Shown piece by piece: positions 50,064-63,637 of a stretch of 64,000 nucleotides of DNA. The DNA lies in assembly GCA_030390025.1 (NCBI GenBank), contig CM059431.1, positions 97,590,001 through 97,654,000 on the forward strand, given 5' to 3'. The translations under genes and the position numbers were made by a program. Numbering within the stretch: position 1 is the first letter of the stretch; the number at the start of each line of letters is the position of its first letter. The DNA comes from Squalus acanthias. Taxonomy: Eukaryota. The notes under the pieces are model-generated. The model was not told the origin of the DNA. It saw only the letters and a program-made list of their open reading frames with translations, and searched no databases.

Positions 50064-50919
50064 TCGGGAAGATCCTGGCAAAGCTACAAAATCTTTTGGA
50101 CAAGAGCTTTAGAAGATATGAGCACGGCAGCCCCACAGTGAACTGCACACCTGCTGTAAACTCCAATGTCCCAGTTTATTTACAACACGGCTAAATGCAG
50201 CGATACATCTGCCATACCATGCTTGAAGTGGCTGAAAAAGTGCAGAAAGCCTCTTTTTTTCTTCGTTTTTGCAGCGATGTTGAGAAGGGATAACGTTCCA
50301 TGGGAACTGCGATTACTTTCTCCATTTCATCAAGACGCTGGTGAAGACTGACTCGCTTGATTCCTGATGGTGATGTGGCAAACACAAAAATCACACCATC
50401 AAGGGGCTCCATTGTACTACAGTGGGATTGCTCGAGCAAAGAACTGGCACAACGATGGGCCGAATGGCTGCCGCCTGTGCTATCGGCTTCTACCTTTCCA
50501 TAGAATACAATATATTAAATGCAGTTATATAGTGTCTTTAATGTAGAGAAACATGTCCCGAAGTGCTTCATGGGGTGGTGGGGTTTGGGGATGGGCAGGG
50601 AAGGGGACTGGCAGAGGGAAACCAGACAAATCTAAGGTAATGAAAACAGTCTGTGCTTGAAACTGCAACGGTGAAAATTCTTGGCAATTACGGCCCTAAT
50701 TTGTTTTGTACTCAACCAAATGAAAATGGAGTACTTTATTTAAAGGCCCCATAGTCCATTATCAGAATAACCATTGGTCATTGCTTACCAGCATTGTGAT
50801 CATAACTGGGTAAACCTTTCAGTTGTCTCTTGGTGATTTGACTGATAAAGTCACCACTAGCCATGTGCTCAGACTTGCTCGTCAATGGATGCCAGTTGGA
50901 AAGTGATTTTCCTCGTCTC

Positions 50920-51925
50920 TACAACAACAACTTGTATTTATATAGCGCCTTTAACGTAGTAAAATGTCCCAAGGTGCTTCATGGGAGCATTATAAAACAA
51001 AATTTGACACCGAGCCACATAAGGAGATATTAGGAGTGGTAGGTTTTAAAGAGCGTCTTAAAGGAGGAGAGAGAGGCGGAGAGGTTTTGGGAGGAGATTC
51101 CAGAGCTTAGGGTCTTGGCAGCTGAAGGCACAGCCGCCAATGGTGGAGCGATTAAAATCAGGGAAGCTCACGAGGCCAGAATTAGAGGAGCATAGATATC
51201 TTGGAGTGTTGTAGGGCTGGAGGAGTTTACAGAGATAGGGAGGGGCGAGGCCATGGAGGGATTTGAAAACAAGGATCAGAATTTTAAAATCGAGGTGTTG
51301 CTTAACCAGGAGCCAGTGTAGGTCAGCGAGCACAGGGGTGATGGGTGAACGGGACTTGATGCGAGTTAGGACACGGGTAGCAGAGTTTTGGATGACCTCA
51401 AGTTTACGTAGGGTAGAACATGTGAGGCCGGCCAAGAGTGTGTTGGAATAGTCAAGTCTAGAGGTAACAAAGGCATGGATGAGGGTTTCAGCAGCCGGTG
51501 AGCTGATGCAGGGGCGGAGTCTGGCGATGTTCTGGAGGTGGAAATAGGTTTAGTGATGGCGTGGATATGTGGTCGGAAGCTCATTTCAAGGTCAGATATG
51601 ACACCAAGGTTGCAAACAGTCTGGTTCAGCCTCAGACAGATGCTAGGGAGCGGGATGGAGTCGGTGGCTCGGGAACGGAGTTTGTGGTGGAGACTGAAAA
51701 CAATGGCTTTGGTCTCCCCAATATTTGGTTGGAGGAAATTTCTGCTCATCCAGTACTGGATGTCAGACAAGCAGTCTGACAATTTAGAGACAGTGGAGGG
51801 GTCGAGAGCAGTGGTGGTGAGGTAGCGCTGGGTGTCGTCAGCGTATATGTGGAAACTGAGGCTGTGTTTTCAGATGACGTCGCCGAGGAGCAGCATGTAG
51901 ATGAGAAATAGATGAGATCGAGGGA
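50920..51925 (-). mobile_element. L2-clade LINE, 5'-truncated within RT
   Basis: HIYADD at ~51835-51852, then CLSDIQYWMSRNFLQ and ITPVLADLHWL; tail acaacaacaacttgtatttatatagcgcc. Confidence 0.9.
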
Positions 51926-52355
51926 TCTGGCTCCTGGAGCTGCCAAAAGTTGATGTCTTTGTCTAAAGCTTTTAATTTGTAATTTTCTTCTTTGTTGTAT
52001 ACTGATGTGCTCAAGTAAAGCTGGTTTTAAAGAAAAAGCAGGACCTTTTTTTAGTAAAGTAAAATGGGAGTCTTGACATTTGGCTTCACTTTTCTGGGAT
52101 GAGTCAATTTAATGCAGAGTTCGTGTCTGGCAAGGTGTGCGCTCTCAGCGTATGGAGCCTGCAGTGTGGTGTTGCTTTGACAAGATCGAAAATGGAATAT
52201 TGGTATTTGAAGCAATACTCCGCTGATTGAGAACACACAAGGCTGCGAATCTCACTGTTAGTGCCATTGTTAAGATTTTCTGGAGTATTGTATTAAATGA
52301 GTAATAGTTTGACATGGTAAAATGGTCATTCACTTTGTTCTCTTCTGTTTTGTAG

Positions 52356-52562
<207 letters not shown>

Positions 52563-52974
52563 TAATTTCAACTTAATTTCAAACTTGCTCGGAGACCTCC
52601 AGTCTGTCGCAGCCACTATCAGTTCCGACAGTAATGTAATAGTTTTGGTTTAGACGTGTTGCCTCTCTTCTTCCTCATGGCTGCCAGAAATCAGTCCTAT
52701 TGCTGGTTGTTCTAGAGAGCATTGACTGTATTTAGTTCCTGTCAAAGAAAGCTGCACAAAATGGGTAAAGGACACGAAGGGACCTGCACTTCAAGCAGTG
52801 GAACGTGATGCCGAGGTGTCTCTGAAGCAGTCACTGTTTATTTAGAAGTTTACAAATGGAGCTTAGGAAGAGATAGGAAATTAAGAGAATCAGTATGCTG
52901 ACTGAATTTGAGTTGTATTTTTAAAAATAAATTTCATGGCCCAGATTTTCCCTGCGTAAGCGATTTTGGAGTCT

Positions 52975-53136
52975 GCCTGTGCGTGTGTGTGTCTTCCTCT
53001 CTCTGTCTGTGTGTGTGTATCCCTCTCTGTGCGTGTGCATGTGTGTCCCTCTCTCTCTCTGTCTGTCCTCTGTCTGTCTCTCTCTCCCCCTCTCTGTCTG
53101 TGTGTGTCTCTCTGTGTGTCTCTCTGTGTGTCTCTC

Positions 53137-53179
<43 letters not shown>

Positions 53180-54108
53180 GTGTGTCTCTCTGTGTGTCTC
53201 TCTGTGTGTCTCTGTGTGTCTCTCTGTGTGTCTCTCTGTGTGTCTCTCTGTGTCTCTCTGTGTGTCTCTCTGTGTGTCTCTCTGTGTGTCTCTCTGTGTG
53301 TCTCTCTGTGTGTCTCTCTGTGTGTCTCTCTGTGTGTCTCTCTGTGTGTCTCTCTGTGTGTCTCTCTGTGTGTCTCTCTGTGTGTCTCTCTGTGTCTCTC
53401 TGTGTGTCTCTCTCTGTGTCTCTCTCTGTGTCTCTCTCTGTGTCTCTCTCTGTGTCTCTCTCTGTGTCTCTCTCTGTGTCTCTGTCTCTCTCTGTCTCTG
53501 TCTCTCTCTGTCTCTGTCTCTGTCTCTGTCTCTGTCTCTGTCTCTGTCTCTGTCTCTGTCTCTGTCTCCGTCTCTCTCTCTCTCTCCGTCTCTCTCTCTC
53601 TCTCCGTCTCTCTCTCTCTCTCCGTCTCTCTCTCTCTCTCTGTCTCTCTCTCTGTCTCTCTCTCTGTCTCTCTCTCTGTCTCTCTCTGTCTCTCTCTGTC
53701 TCTCTCTGTCTCTCTCTCTGTCTCTCTCTCTGTCTCTCTCTCTGTCTCTCTCTCTGTCTCTCTCTCTGTCTCTCTCTCTGTCTCTCTCTCTGTCTCTCTC
53801 TCTGTCTCTCTCTCTGTCTCTCTCTCTGTCTCTCTCTCTGTCTCTCTCTCTGTCTCTCTCTCTGTCTCTCTCTCTGTCTCTCTCTCTGTCTCTCTCTCTG
53901 TCTCTCTCTCTGTCTCTCTCTCTGTCTCTCTCTCTGTCTCTCTCTCTGTCTCTCTCTCTCTGTCTCTCTCTCTCTGTCTCTCTCTCTCTGTCTCTCTCTC
54001 TCTGTCTCTCTCTCTCTGTCTCTCTCTCTCTGTCTCTCTCTCTCTGTCTCTCTCTCTCTGTCTCTCTCTCTCTGTCTCTCTCTCTCTGTCTCTCTCTCTC
54101 TGTCTCTC

Positions 54109-54160
<52 letters not shown>

Positions 54161-54279
54161 TGTCTCTGTCTCTCTCTGTCTCTCTCTGTCTCTGTCTCTC
54201 TCTCTCTCTGTCTCTCTCTCTGTCTCTGTCTCTCTCTCTCTGTCTCTCTCTCTCTCTGTCTCTCTCTGTCTCTCTCTCG

Positions 54280-54327
<48 letters not shown>

Positions 54328-54744
54328 GTCTCTCTGTCTCTCTGTCTCTCTCTCTCTCTGTGTCTCTCTGTCTCTCTGTCTCTCTCTGTCTCTCTCTCTC
54401 TGTCTCTCTCTGTCTCTGTCTCTGTCTCTGTCTCTCTCTGTCTGTGTCTCTCTCTCTGTCTGTCTGTGTGCGTCCCTGTCTCTGTCTCTCTCTCTGTCCA
54501 TCTCTCTCTCTCTGTGTCTGTGCGTGTCCCTGTGTGTGTGTGCGTCCCTCTCTCTGTCTGTGTGTGTGTCCCGCTCTCTCCCTCTCTGTCTGTATGTGTG
54601 TCCCGCTCTCTCCCTCTCTGTCTGTGTGTGTGTCCCTCTCAGTCTCGGTCTATGTGTGTGTGTATCTGTATCCCTCTCTGCCTCTGTCCCTCTCTGTCCC
54701 TCTCTGTCAGAGTGTCACCCTGTGTGTGTGTGTGTGTTTGTGTC

Positions 54745-54825
<81 letters not shown>

Positions 54826-54925
54826 CTCTCTCTCTCTCTATACCTATCTCTCTTTTTCTTTCCATGTGTGTGTCTGTCTGTCTCTGTCTCTCTCTGTCCC
54901 TCTCTGTCTCTGTGTGTGTGTCTCA
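52975..54925. repeat. Compound (TC)n/(TG)n microsatellite, ~1.95 kb
   Basis: Directly visible. Confidence 0.98.
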
Positions 54926-55371
54926 ATTTTGTGGATTAGTGTTTCTAAGTCTCCATCTCTCCGCGTTGCATACTACAAAAATAACTTTGTTAAATTAACA
55001 GTCTAATTTAGACAAATGATGACTAGTTTAGAAATGCTCAACCTTTATAATATGTTTAATTGAATTGATGGATTTTATTCTAAACCATTTACTTTAAGTA
55101 GGACAGGAATTTTTTTAATGGATTCCCGACCGTATAGATAATGTGCATGGAGTCTGTCCCGACCTCCTTCACAGCACAGTGCGCAATCCTTTATTTAGTA
55201 ACTGTTTAAAGTTCTTGCTGCGAAGGATTACAGTTAGCCAGATGCTCTGGTATTTTGTTTGGAATATTTCCATCATGTTGTCCAATGAGACTTCTGCAAA
55301 ATATAAAATGTTACACTGCCAAGATTAACAAGGACTTAACTTATCAGTTATCAGTACTGTTAATTTATTAA

Positions 55372-56109
55372 GAAAGAAGTTGCATTTATACAGCCCCTCT
55401 CCTGCCCTCCAGACATCCCAATGTGCGTCACAGTCAGTGTAAGTTGTGCACCACAAGATCTCACAAACAGCAGTGAGATAAATGACCAGTTAATCTGTTT
55501 TGACGGTGTTGGGTGAATGTGGGCCAGGACACTGGGAGAGCTCTTCTGTTTCTTTTGAATAGCTGCCATAAGATCTTGTACGCCCATCTGAACAGGCAGG
55601 CAGGGCCTCAGTTTAACGTCTCATCCCAAAGACAGTGCAGCGCTCCCTCAGTACTGCCCCTCCGACAGTGCAGCTCTCCCTCAGTACTGTCCCTCCGACA
55701 GTGCAGCTCACGCTCAGTACTGCCCCTCCGACAGTGCAGCACTCCCTCAGTACCGTCCCTCCGACAGTGCAGTGCTCCCTCAGTACCGCCCCTCCGACAG
55801 TGCAGCGCTCCCTCAGTACTGTCCCTCCGACAGTGCAGCGCTCCCTCAGTACTGTCCCTCCGACAGTGCAGCGCTCCCTCAGTACTGTCCCTCCGACAGT
55901 GCAGCTGTCCCTCCGACAGTGCAGCTCTCGCTCAGTACTGTCCCTCCAACAATGCAGCGCTCCCTCAGTACTGTCCCTCCGACAGTGCAGCACTCCCTCA
56001 GTATTGCACTGAAATGCCAGCTTGGATTACATGCTAAATCCTGGAGCAGGACTTTAACCCAGAGCCTTCTGACTCAAGCAGGACTGCTCGCACTGAGCCA
56101 CGGCTGACA
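55372..56109 (-). mobile_element. Full-length DeuSINE-type SINE containing an internal 33-bp tandem expansion (55632-56003)
   Basis: Minus-strand tRNA-like head (TGGCTCAGTGCG...GGTTAAAGTCC) at ~56045-56105, Deu core, and L2-like tail (aagaaagaagttgcatttatacagc) at ~55372. Confidence 0.8.
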
Positions 56110-56929
56110 GGTATTTACAATTGGCAATGTTCCTGCTCCCTTTTACACTTTTTAATGTTTGGGGCTATATTTTTCTTGGGCTGGACTGAGTGCAGCTGAT
56201 ATGTTCCATGCCTCGCACTGTTGCAGTTAGATAGGAAAATATAATACTCCTTTTTGTGAGGCTTAGAAGTTTCCAGGACCCTCTGTCGGTGTGAAACACT
56301 CTGATCAGCAATAGCACAACGGCTTACAGAATCGGGCTGTCCTTACAGTGTCCCAGCAATGTGCCGGCACTCCAGCCTCACAACAATATTCTTAAGACAC
56401 ACGCGTGACATTGCCTTTTCCCACATCAGTTTGGTTGGTTGTTGGATCTTTCTGGATGGATGCATTAAGATGGGGTGAATGGCCTTCCTCATCTTGTGAT
56501 GGAGTGACTGAAGGAATCGTTGGAGTTGACCTGTATTCTACAGCTGTGATTTTTTTTTTCCTGAATTAGAAACAAAAAAAGTGGCATCATGGACAGTGAT
56601 GCCAAGCACTTTACTGATTTTTGTTTCCACCCGGGTAATTCTGTCTGTATGTAGAATGCCAATTCAGAGCTCCAGTCTATCAGAGTGAATGCCAGGAAGG
56701 AAAAATAAACAACAGCACTGCGGGTGACTAATGAGGAAAAAATGTTTTTGAAGCTTACGCAGACTTTGAAATGGAGACAGGGCTGACTTCCTCTCCAAAC
56801 TCATGGAAAACTTTCACTCAATGAGATCTTAAGAAAGCATGTTGGCTCACTCAAAGGTTGGTTTGGTTTGGCAGAGCACTCATCAGAGCAATGCAGAGTC
56901 ACAACTGGTAGCAGTGGAAACAATACAAG

Positions 56930-57292
56930 AGGTGACCTAATAGAGAGGTTTTCAAGATGATGAGGGGCTTTGATAGAGTAGATAGAGAAAAACTATTTCC
57001 TCAGGGCAAGTGGGTCCATAACCAGAGGTCATAGATTCAAATAATTGGCAGAAGATCCAGAGGGAGATGAGAATTTTTTCACTGAGTTGCTGGGATCTGG
57101 AACGCTCTACCTGAAAAGGTGGTGGAAGCTGATTCCATAAATAATTGGACAGGTACTTGTGGATGAGGAACTTGCAGGGTTACGGACAAAAAGCAGCAGC
57201 GTGGGACTAAGCACGACTGCTCTTTCAAAGAGCCAGCGCAGAAACGACAGGCTGAATGGCCTCCTTCTGTGCTGTAAGTTTTGATGCTATGA
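56930..57292 (+). mobile_element. CR1 3' fragment
   Basis: gaggtgacctaatagag...ggctgaatggcctccttctgtgctgtaa. Confidence 0.8.
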
Positions 57293-57958
57293 ACCAGGGA
57301 GACTGGACTGGGGCATTATTTTGAGAAGAGTGGAGGTGCCTATTGGCATGTGGTGATACTCTCCCACAGAAGATCTTGCCCATAACATCCGTATGCAAAG
57401 AGTTAAGTTAGATTCCAGGTTCATTGGTCTCTGGGACAAATTGAAGTAACATGGCGAGGAGTTTGCTGTAGCCCCTTAAAAGGGAACGTGACAAGTTCCT
57501 GAGAGAAGAGGGATAAGTTTCTAGTGAATTGTGATTGTGATGAGTTATAGGGAACTGCGGTGTCCTAGAGACTAGCTTGGTTGCTTTAGAGAATCGGACC
57601 TTTCCCAGATTTTCCCAGATTTTGCACAGGTTTTCTCCCAGGGGACAGTGTTGCTCTGTGTGTGTGGATGCACGGTTGGCTAGGTGGGGCAGATTTAACT
57701 GGCCTGATGGTCTCATTAACAATCCGCCTTCTGTTATTGCCTCTAATGTATAATGAATAAAGAATTTAAATCTGCAATAAAGCTAACTGAGATAATACTA
57801 ACCATGAAAACTACCTTATTGTGAATTCTCTGTATTCCTTCTACTTTTGGAACAAGGGATGGTCTCTAGTTAGTTCATAATTTACCTGGATTAATGTACT
57901 TTTTTTTTCAAAAAGCTTGATTTATTACTGAATAGAGAAGTGATATTTCATGTCGTGA

Positions 57959-58150
<192 letters not shown>

Positions 58151-58509
58151 TAAGTGAACATTTCAGCACCCCTTAAATAATCAGCACAGTAACTTGTAAA
58201 CACTCTAGGGGTGATGGGTATAAGACACAGTTAAAGGAGCTGTATGCTTTAATTTTGACCCTAGGCTTTTTAAACTAAAATAATCCCCTGAAATACTTAC
58301 CCTTAGTATTTTTCAACAACAGTCCCTTTTTCAGTAACTTCACATACCGTTATTCCAGCGAATGTTGTACTAAACTAAATATCTTCTAGCCTATCAGAAT
58401 ACAAGGTAGCCCTGGTGAGAGATGAGGACCATTAATAGATTCTGTAAAAAAACCTATGTAAGCCTGTTATTTTGGGGGGTAATGTCAGCATCGGTTAACT
58501 AAAGTATAA

Positions 58510-58712
58510 GGGCTGTATTTTCCCAATGCACGCTCCAGCCTGGAGCCTTACCTGCTGGGAGCGCGTATCGGGAGATTGTAGGCCAACTCCCCACGGTATC
58601 CTGATTACGGTTCATCGTCAGAAAATGGTGAGGAGTGGGCCTGCAATTTCCCGAGGCACGCTCGCAGCGGGTGAGTCTCTGTGCCAAGTGTGTGCATTCA
58701 GGAAACCAGCCC
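58510..58712. mobile_element. Short MITE (PIF/Harbinger-like)
   Basis: GGGCTGtattttcccAATGCAC ... GTGCATTcaggaaacCAGCCC inverted ends; preceded by TAA. Confidence 0.55.
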
Positions 58713-61700
58713 TTTAGTGTTTTAATTACAGCATAAAGCTCCTTTAAAACCAAGAGTCCAACTGAATAAAGTAACATGTTTAGCTGTTAATTTGTTAAAC
58801 CTCTATACAAATTAATGTTTAATAAAGAATATTGCACACCTTTACCTTCTGCACTTCCATTCCTTCTTATATTTAAAACTGGATACGATTGTTCTTGTAT
58901 GGCCATAATTTTCTGATGCAACTAATTATCAAAATCTACATAATTAGGTTTTAGGCACTTCTCTTAATCTTAATGGGCTGCAGGAATTTAATTTACTCCT
59001 TTGTAAAGTTCGGGGGTTCACCTCCCCCATTTTCTAAAATTGAAACCTCCCTGAAAGGTGTGCCTCTGTGGCGAGCTGGTCTCGGCATGCACTGTGGGGC
59101 ACGTTCTTTATTATCCTACTGGGAGGGGCAACTTTTGTATCTGTCCTTGGAATGTGGCAATGTGCAAACCCATTAAAAGCTTAATGCAGTAACGCTACAA
59201 CAATGCAGGATTTATTCCATGCATTAATACCTGTTCTTACCTAACCTCCTTACTTGCTTCCATTAATGTAGCCACTAATCTGGCTTTTCTTTCTTTAATA
59301 TCTCTTTGATTTCCTCTTCTCCCTCAATCCCCTCCCCACTCAAAGAATCCACAATGAAGCAAGGTCTTTCTATTAATGAACACTGCAGGGTAGAGTTAGC
59401 AGCTCCCGTGCTCCTACCCTGGAACTTCACACACTGGGAGCATAGATCGGGAGTTTGGACTCAATTTTAAATGCAAAGAATTCCTCAGGAGCATTCCCCT
59501 GTAGCCCCAGTAATCATCCCTCGTGTATGAAGTTCTGTGCCAGGAGCTCAAATTTATTTAAAAATCTACCTTTTTATACGCACCCTTAATAATTTTACCG
59601 TACATGTAATCTCATCGCGCTGTGAGTTGTCCCGCTGTTAAGAGGCATTGTAGCCCTTGAAAATGAGAAACTTAAGACAGCCAGAAACACACAACGCTTT
59701 CTGTGCTCGAATGTGAAGGCTTCATCTCAGATGCATTCTTCCTGGATTTTCTCTAAAGTTAGTCAAAGTTCTTTTAAAGCCAAGTCCCTTTCAAGCAGAA
59801 GCGATGATTCTCACAAGCAGTGCCTAGTGACCTTAGTCAACAGCTCTTTTGGATTTTCGCCGAGTTCCCAAGTGAGTTCCTCAATTACTTAATTACAACT
59901 TGCGCGGTGGAATTGATCACTTGCCCATCATTCAGTTCGAGATTTAACTCCCACACACTAAATTTGTGCCAGTTCTTTTTAATGTCCAGATGATTTAATC
60001 ATTTAGAAACATTAACAATTACAAAAAGCATAAACACAAAACTAGCGCCGAATTATTTTGCAGCAATAAATAAGCGAAATCACATTTGCACTGGGGCTAC
60101 TTACAGTGATAATTGCACAGCTATTACATTTACATTTATTTTTCAGTTGATTTCCACGACTTTAATAACACATTTCACTTGGGCTGTGGGTGCTTCTGAG
60201 CTTGGTTTACGGTTTTTGAATTTTATGCGGGGTTGAAGATTCCGTAGCCCGGAGCTATGGCATTAACTTGCCTTTTTTTCTCTACTTCTCCCTCCCACTC
60301 CATCTTTCGAGGGCTTTCCAAATTAATCTCTGAAGCCTGACATTCATCAATCAGTCACACTTTTTTCCTGTTCGGGTGTGTTCAGCATTGTCTTGCATCA
60401 CCCAGTCATCCATTATTATTATGAGCACCTTCCCACCCATTCAGTCAACACAGGCTAGTACTAAGACCAGCTTTACAGTTACTACTTTCCAATAAAACAT
60501 TCCATTTCAACTGCAAAGCAAAAGGAATTTGCAGGTACTTTGCTTCACTGGCTGGCTGTGCACACACGCATTTCAGTGTAGTTCAAACATAACTATTTGC
60601 AGCAGAGCCTGTGATGAGAATATTGAATAGCTAAAAGTCCCAAGTTCTGTGGAAGGCACTTGCCCTCTTCGGAAAAAAGAGAACTAGCAGAGTCCAAGGG
60701 AGTTAAAAGTAAACCGAGTATATGGCGTCCATAGTGCTCCCAGTAGTAACCCCCTGTTTAACCTTAGTATTGTGGACACGGGGCACATGGTATAACTCAA
60801 TTGCACTCTCTATTCCCTTTTGCCTTTGTCATTATTGTGCTGGGACAGGTTTTCTTTTAAATCCTCAAGTGTTTTGGCAGTACCTGTTTCAACAGTTGCA
60901 GTTCAGAGGAAACTTGTGAGAAGTTGCAAATTGAACAAAATTAAGAAGTGAAAGATAATTCTAAACAAGAGTAGTTTCAACAAGGATTGGCTGTGGGACC
61001 TGTTCATTCATATTACCGTGATTTAGAAGCAGATGAAGACAAATTACTTGGGAACCAAAGATTAATGCTGGTTGGGCAGATACGTGGAACATCCTAGTTG
61101 ATGCTTATTAATACAAGGTAATGCATGTTGGTGCTAAAATATATTGAAAGTGAAGATTGGAGCTGGAGTTGGTTTTGACTATTGAGCAAATATTGAAAAT
61201 ATCATGATGTGGCAGTGATTGCCAAGACAAACAGAGCAATGTCTTCTGCAGGGAGATAAGTGTAATGTAAGGAAGTGATGCTAATGCACTGTAAAGTGTT
61301 GGTGAGGCCAGCATTGGAACATTAAGCTCCATTGTGGTGGGCATACTATTGGAAAGGCTACGAGTGAAACAACAAAGATGACACTGGATCGAGCTAGGGT
61401 GAAAGGCTCAGTGATGGCCATTGTTAGGAACTAAACTAGGATGAAGGACCAGGACAATTTAAATGCTTTTTTCCCCTTTTAAGAATAAATAACATGTAGA
61501 AGGTGGGTGCAGATAGCGTGTGGACCCAGTAGCAATACACTAAAGTGCAAACGAAGTTGTGAGAGCTTGATTCTGAAGTTTCGACAGAGCAAATTGCTAA
61601 TCAAGTGAAGGAAATTTAGATTCTATTGCAAGCAAATTAGTCTCCTGAGTCACCAAGAGTAGGATGCAGGTTTGGTACAAGATCAGGAGTGAAATGCAAT

Positions 61701-62589
61701 ATTCTGTTCCAAGATAAAGTGGGAATTGCTTGTGGGCTGGCTGAATTTTCGTGCTCCCAGTTGTCCTGTTCAGTGAAGGGAAGGGCAGAAGTTGCTGTCA
61801 GAACACTGGAGAATGCAGCAACAAGTTTAGTTTTGTTTCGCTTTTCTGTGACACATCTTTCCGAAATAGAATACAAGTGTTTGCTGCAACATTTGGGACT
61901 TTTTATTTGGAATTCTACCCTGATTACATATTCCACTCACAGATACTGAAATTAAATATTTTTTTTCTCTGAATGCCACTCCTCAGTCAAGCACAATACC
62001 TGCCACTTACCCTTACTTCCAATCTCTATTGGTTTCATCATCTATATTAGCCTTTGTTGACTATCAAGGAAGAGGAAACAAATTAATGATGGTAAGATTT
62101 TTGGATACTCTAATTATTGTTGGCAGTTTACTGCTTTTTCCAGTACACATGTCGTCAACCACTGATGTCATGGTTGCCTGCCCTGGTTCCCTAGATATAA
62201 CATGGATCTAAAATCTCTCTTCTTGATTGAAATTTGACGGAGGTAGGTGGATCAGGAATGCTGGAGAAATTCTGACCTGTTTCCTGTATTCTATCTGTAT
62301 TATGTTGTATTCAATTGCAGGACGATGTGTGATCAATTTGGACGGTCAGTGTCCTTTTCTAGTTGGGTTACCAGCTGTGCTCCCCAATTGGGTCACTCTG
62401 CTGCTGGGATTTGCTTTTCCATGGTCTTAGTTTTCAATAAATTTTTTTGTAGCAAATGCAGGTGGGATGAAGGGCATTATTTAATCAGGAAGCGGAATTT
62501 AATGCGACCCAGGAAATGCCACTGAGGGTAATTAGGGAGCAGTGCATGGGGTGGGGCAGGGGTGGTGGTCAGAAAGGACCACAGAAAAT

Positions 62590-63637
62590 ACCATCTACAG
62601 GAATTGGAGGGAATGGGCTATATTCATCCAGGAGGGACTTTGGGACTTGCCACCGACAGGAACTGGAGGGAATGGGCAGCGTTCATGCAGGAGTGACCTT
62701 GGGACTTGCCACCTACAAGAATTGGAGGGAATGAGCATTGTTCATCCAGGAGGGACCTTGGGGCTTGCCACCCACAAGAATTGGAGGGAATGGGCGCTGT
62801 TCTTCCAGGAGGGACCTTGGGGCTTGCCACCTACAAGAATTGGAGGGAATGGGCGCTGTTCATCCAGGAGGGACCTTGGGGCTTGCCACCTACAAGAATT
62901 GGAGAGAATGGGCGTTGTTCATCCAGGAGGGACCTTGGATCTTGCCACCTACAGGAATTGGAGAGAATGGGCAGTGTTCATCCAGGAGGGACCTTGGGAC
63001 TTGCCACCTACAGGAATTTGAGAGAATGGGCGGTGTTCATCCAGGAGAGACCTTGGGACTTGCCACCTACAGGAATTGGAGAGAATGGGCGCTGTTCATC
63101 CAGGAGGGACCTTGGGGCTTGCCACCTACAAGAATTAGAGGGAATGGGCGCTGTTCATCCAGGAGGGAGTTGGGGCTTGCCACTTACAGGAATTAGAGGG
63201 AATGGGCGCTGTTCATCCAGGAGGGACCTTGGGGCTTGCCACCTACAAGAATTAGAGGGAATGGGCGCTGTTCATCCAGGAGGGACCTTGGGGCTTGCCA
63301 CCTACAAGAATTGGAGGGAATGGGCGGTGTTCATCCAGGAGGGACCTTGGGGCTTGCCACCTACAAGAATTAGAGGGAATGGGCGCTGTTCATCCAGGAG
63401 GGACCTTGGGGCTTGCCACCTACAGGAATTGGAGAGAATGGGCGGTGTTCATCCAGGAGGGACCTTGAGACTTGCCACCTACAGGAATTAGAGGGAATGG
63501 GCGCTGTTCTTCCAGGACGGACCTTGGGGCTTGCCACCTACAGGAATTAGAGGGAATGGGCGTTGTTCATCCAGGAGGGACCTTGGGACTTGCCACCTAC
63601 AGGAATTGGAGGGAATGGGCGGTGTTCATCCAGGACG
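62590..63637. repeat. 59-bp minisatellite (ggaattggagggaatgggcgctgttcatccaggagggaccttggggcttgccacctaca) x ~18
   Basis: Directly visible. Confidence 0.96.

Noticed and set aside
52908..55006. Several 500-700-aa Ser/Leu/Val/Cys or Arg/Glu ORFs
   Set aside because: Dinucleotide microsatellite translations.
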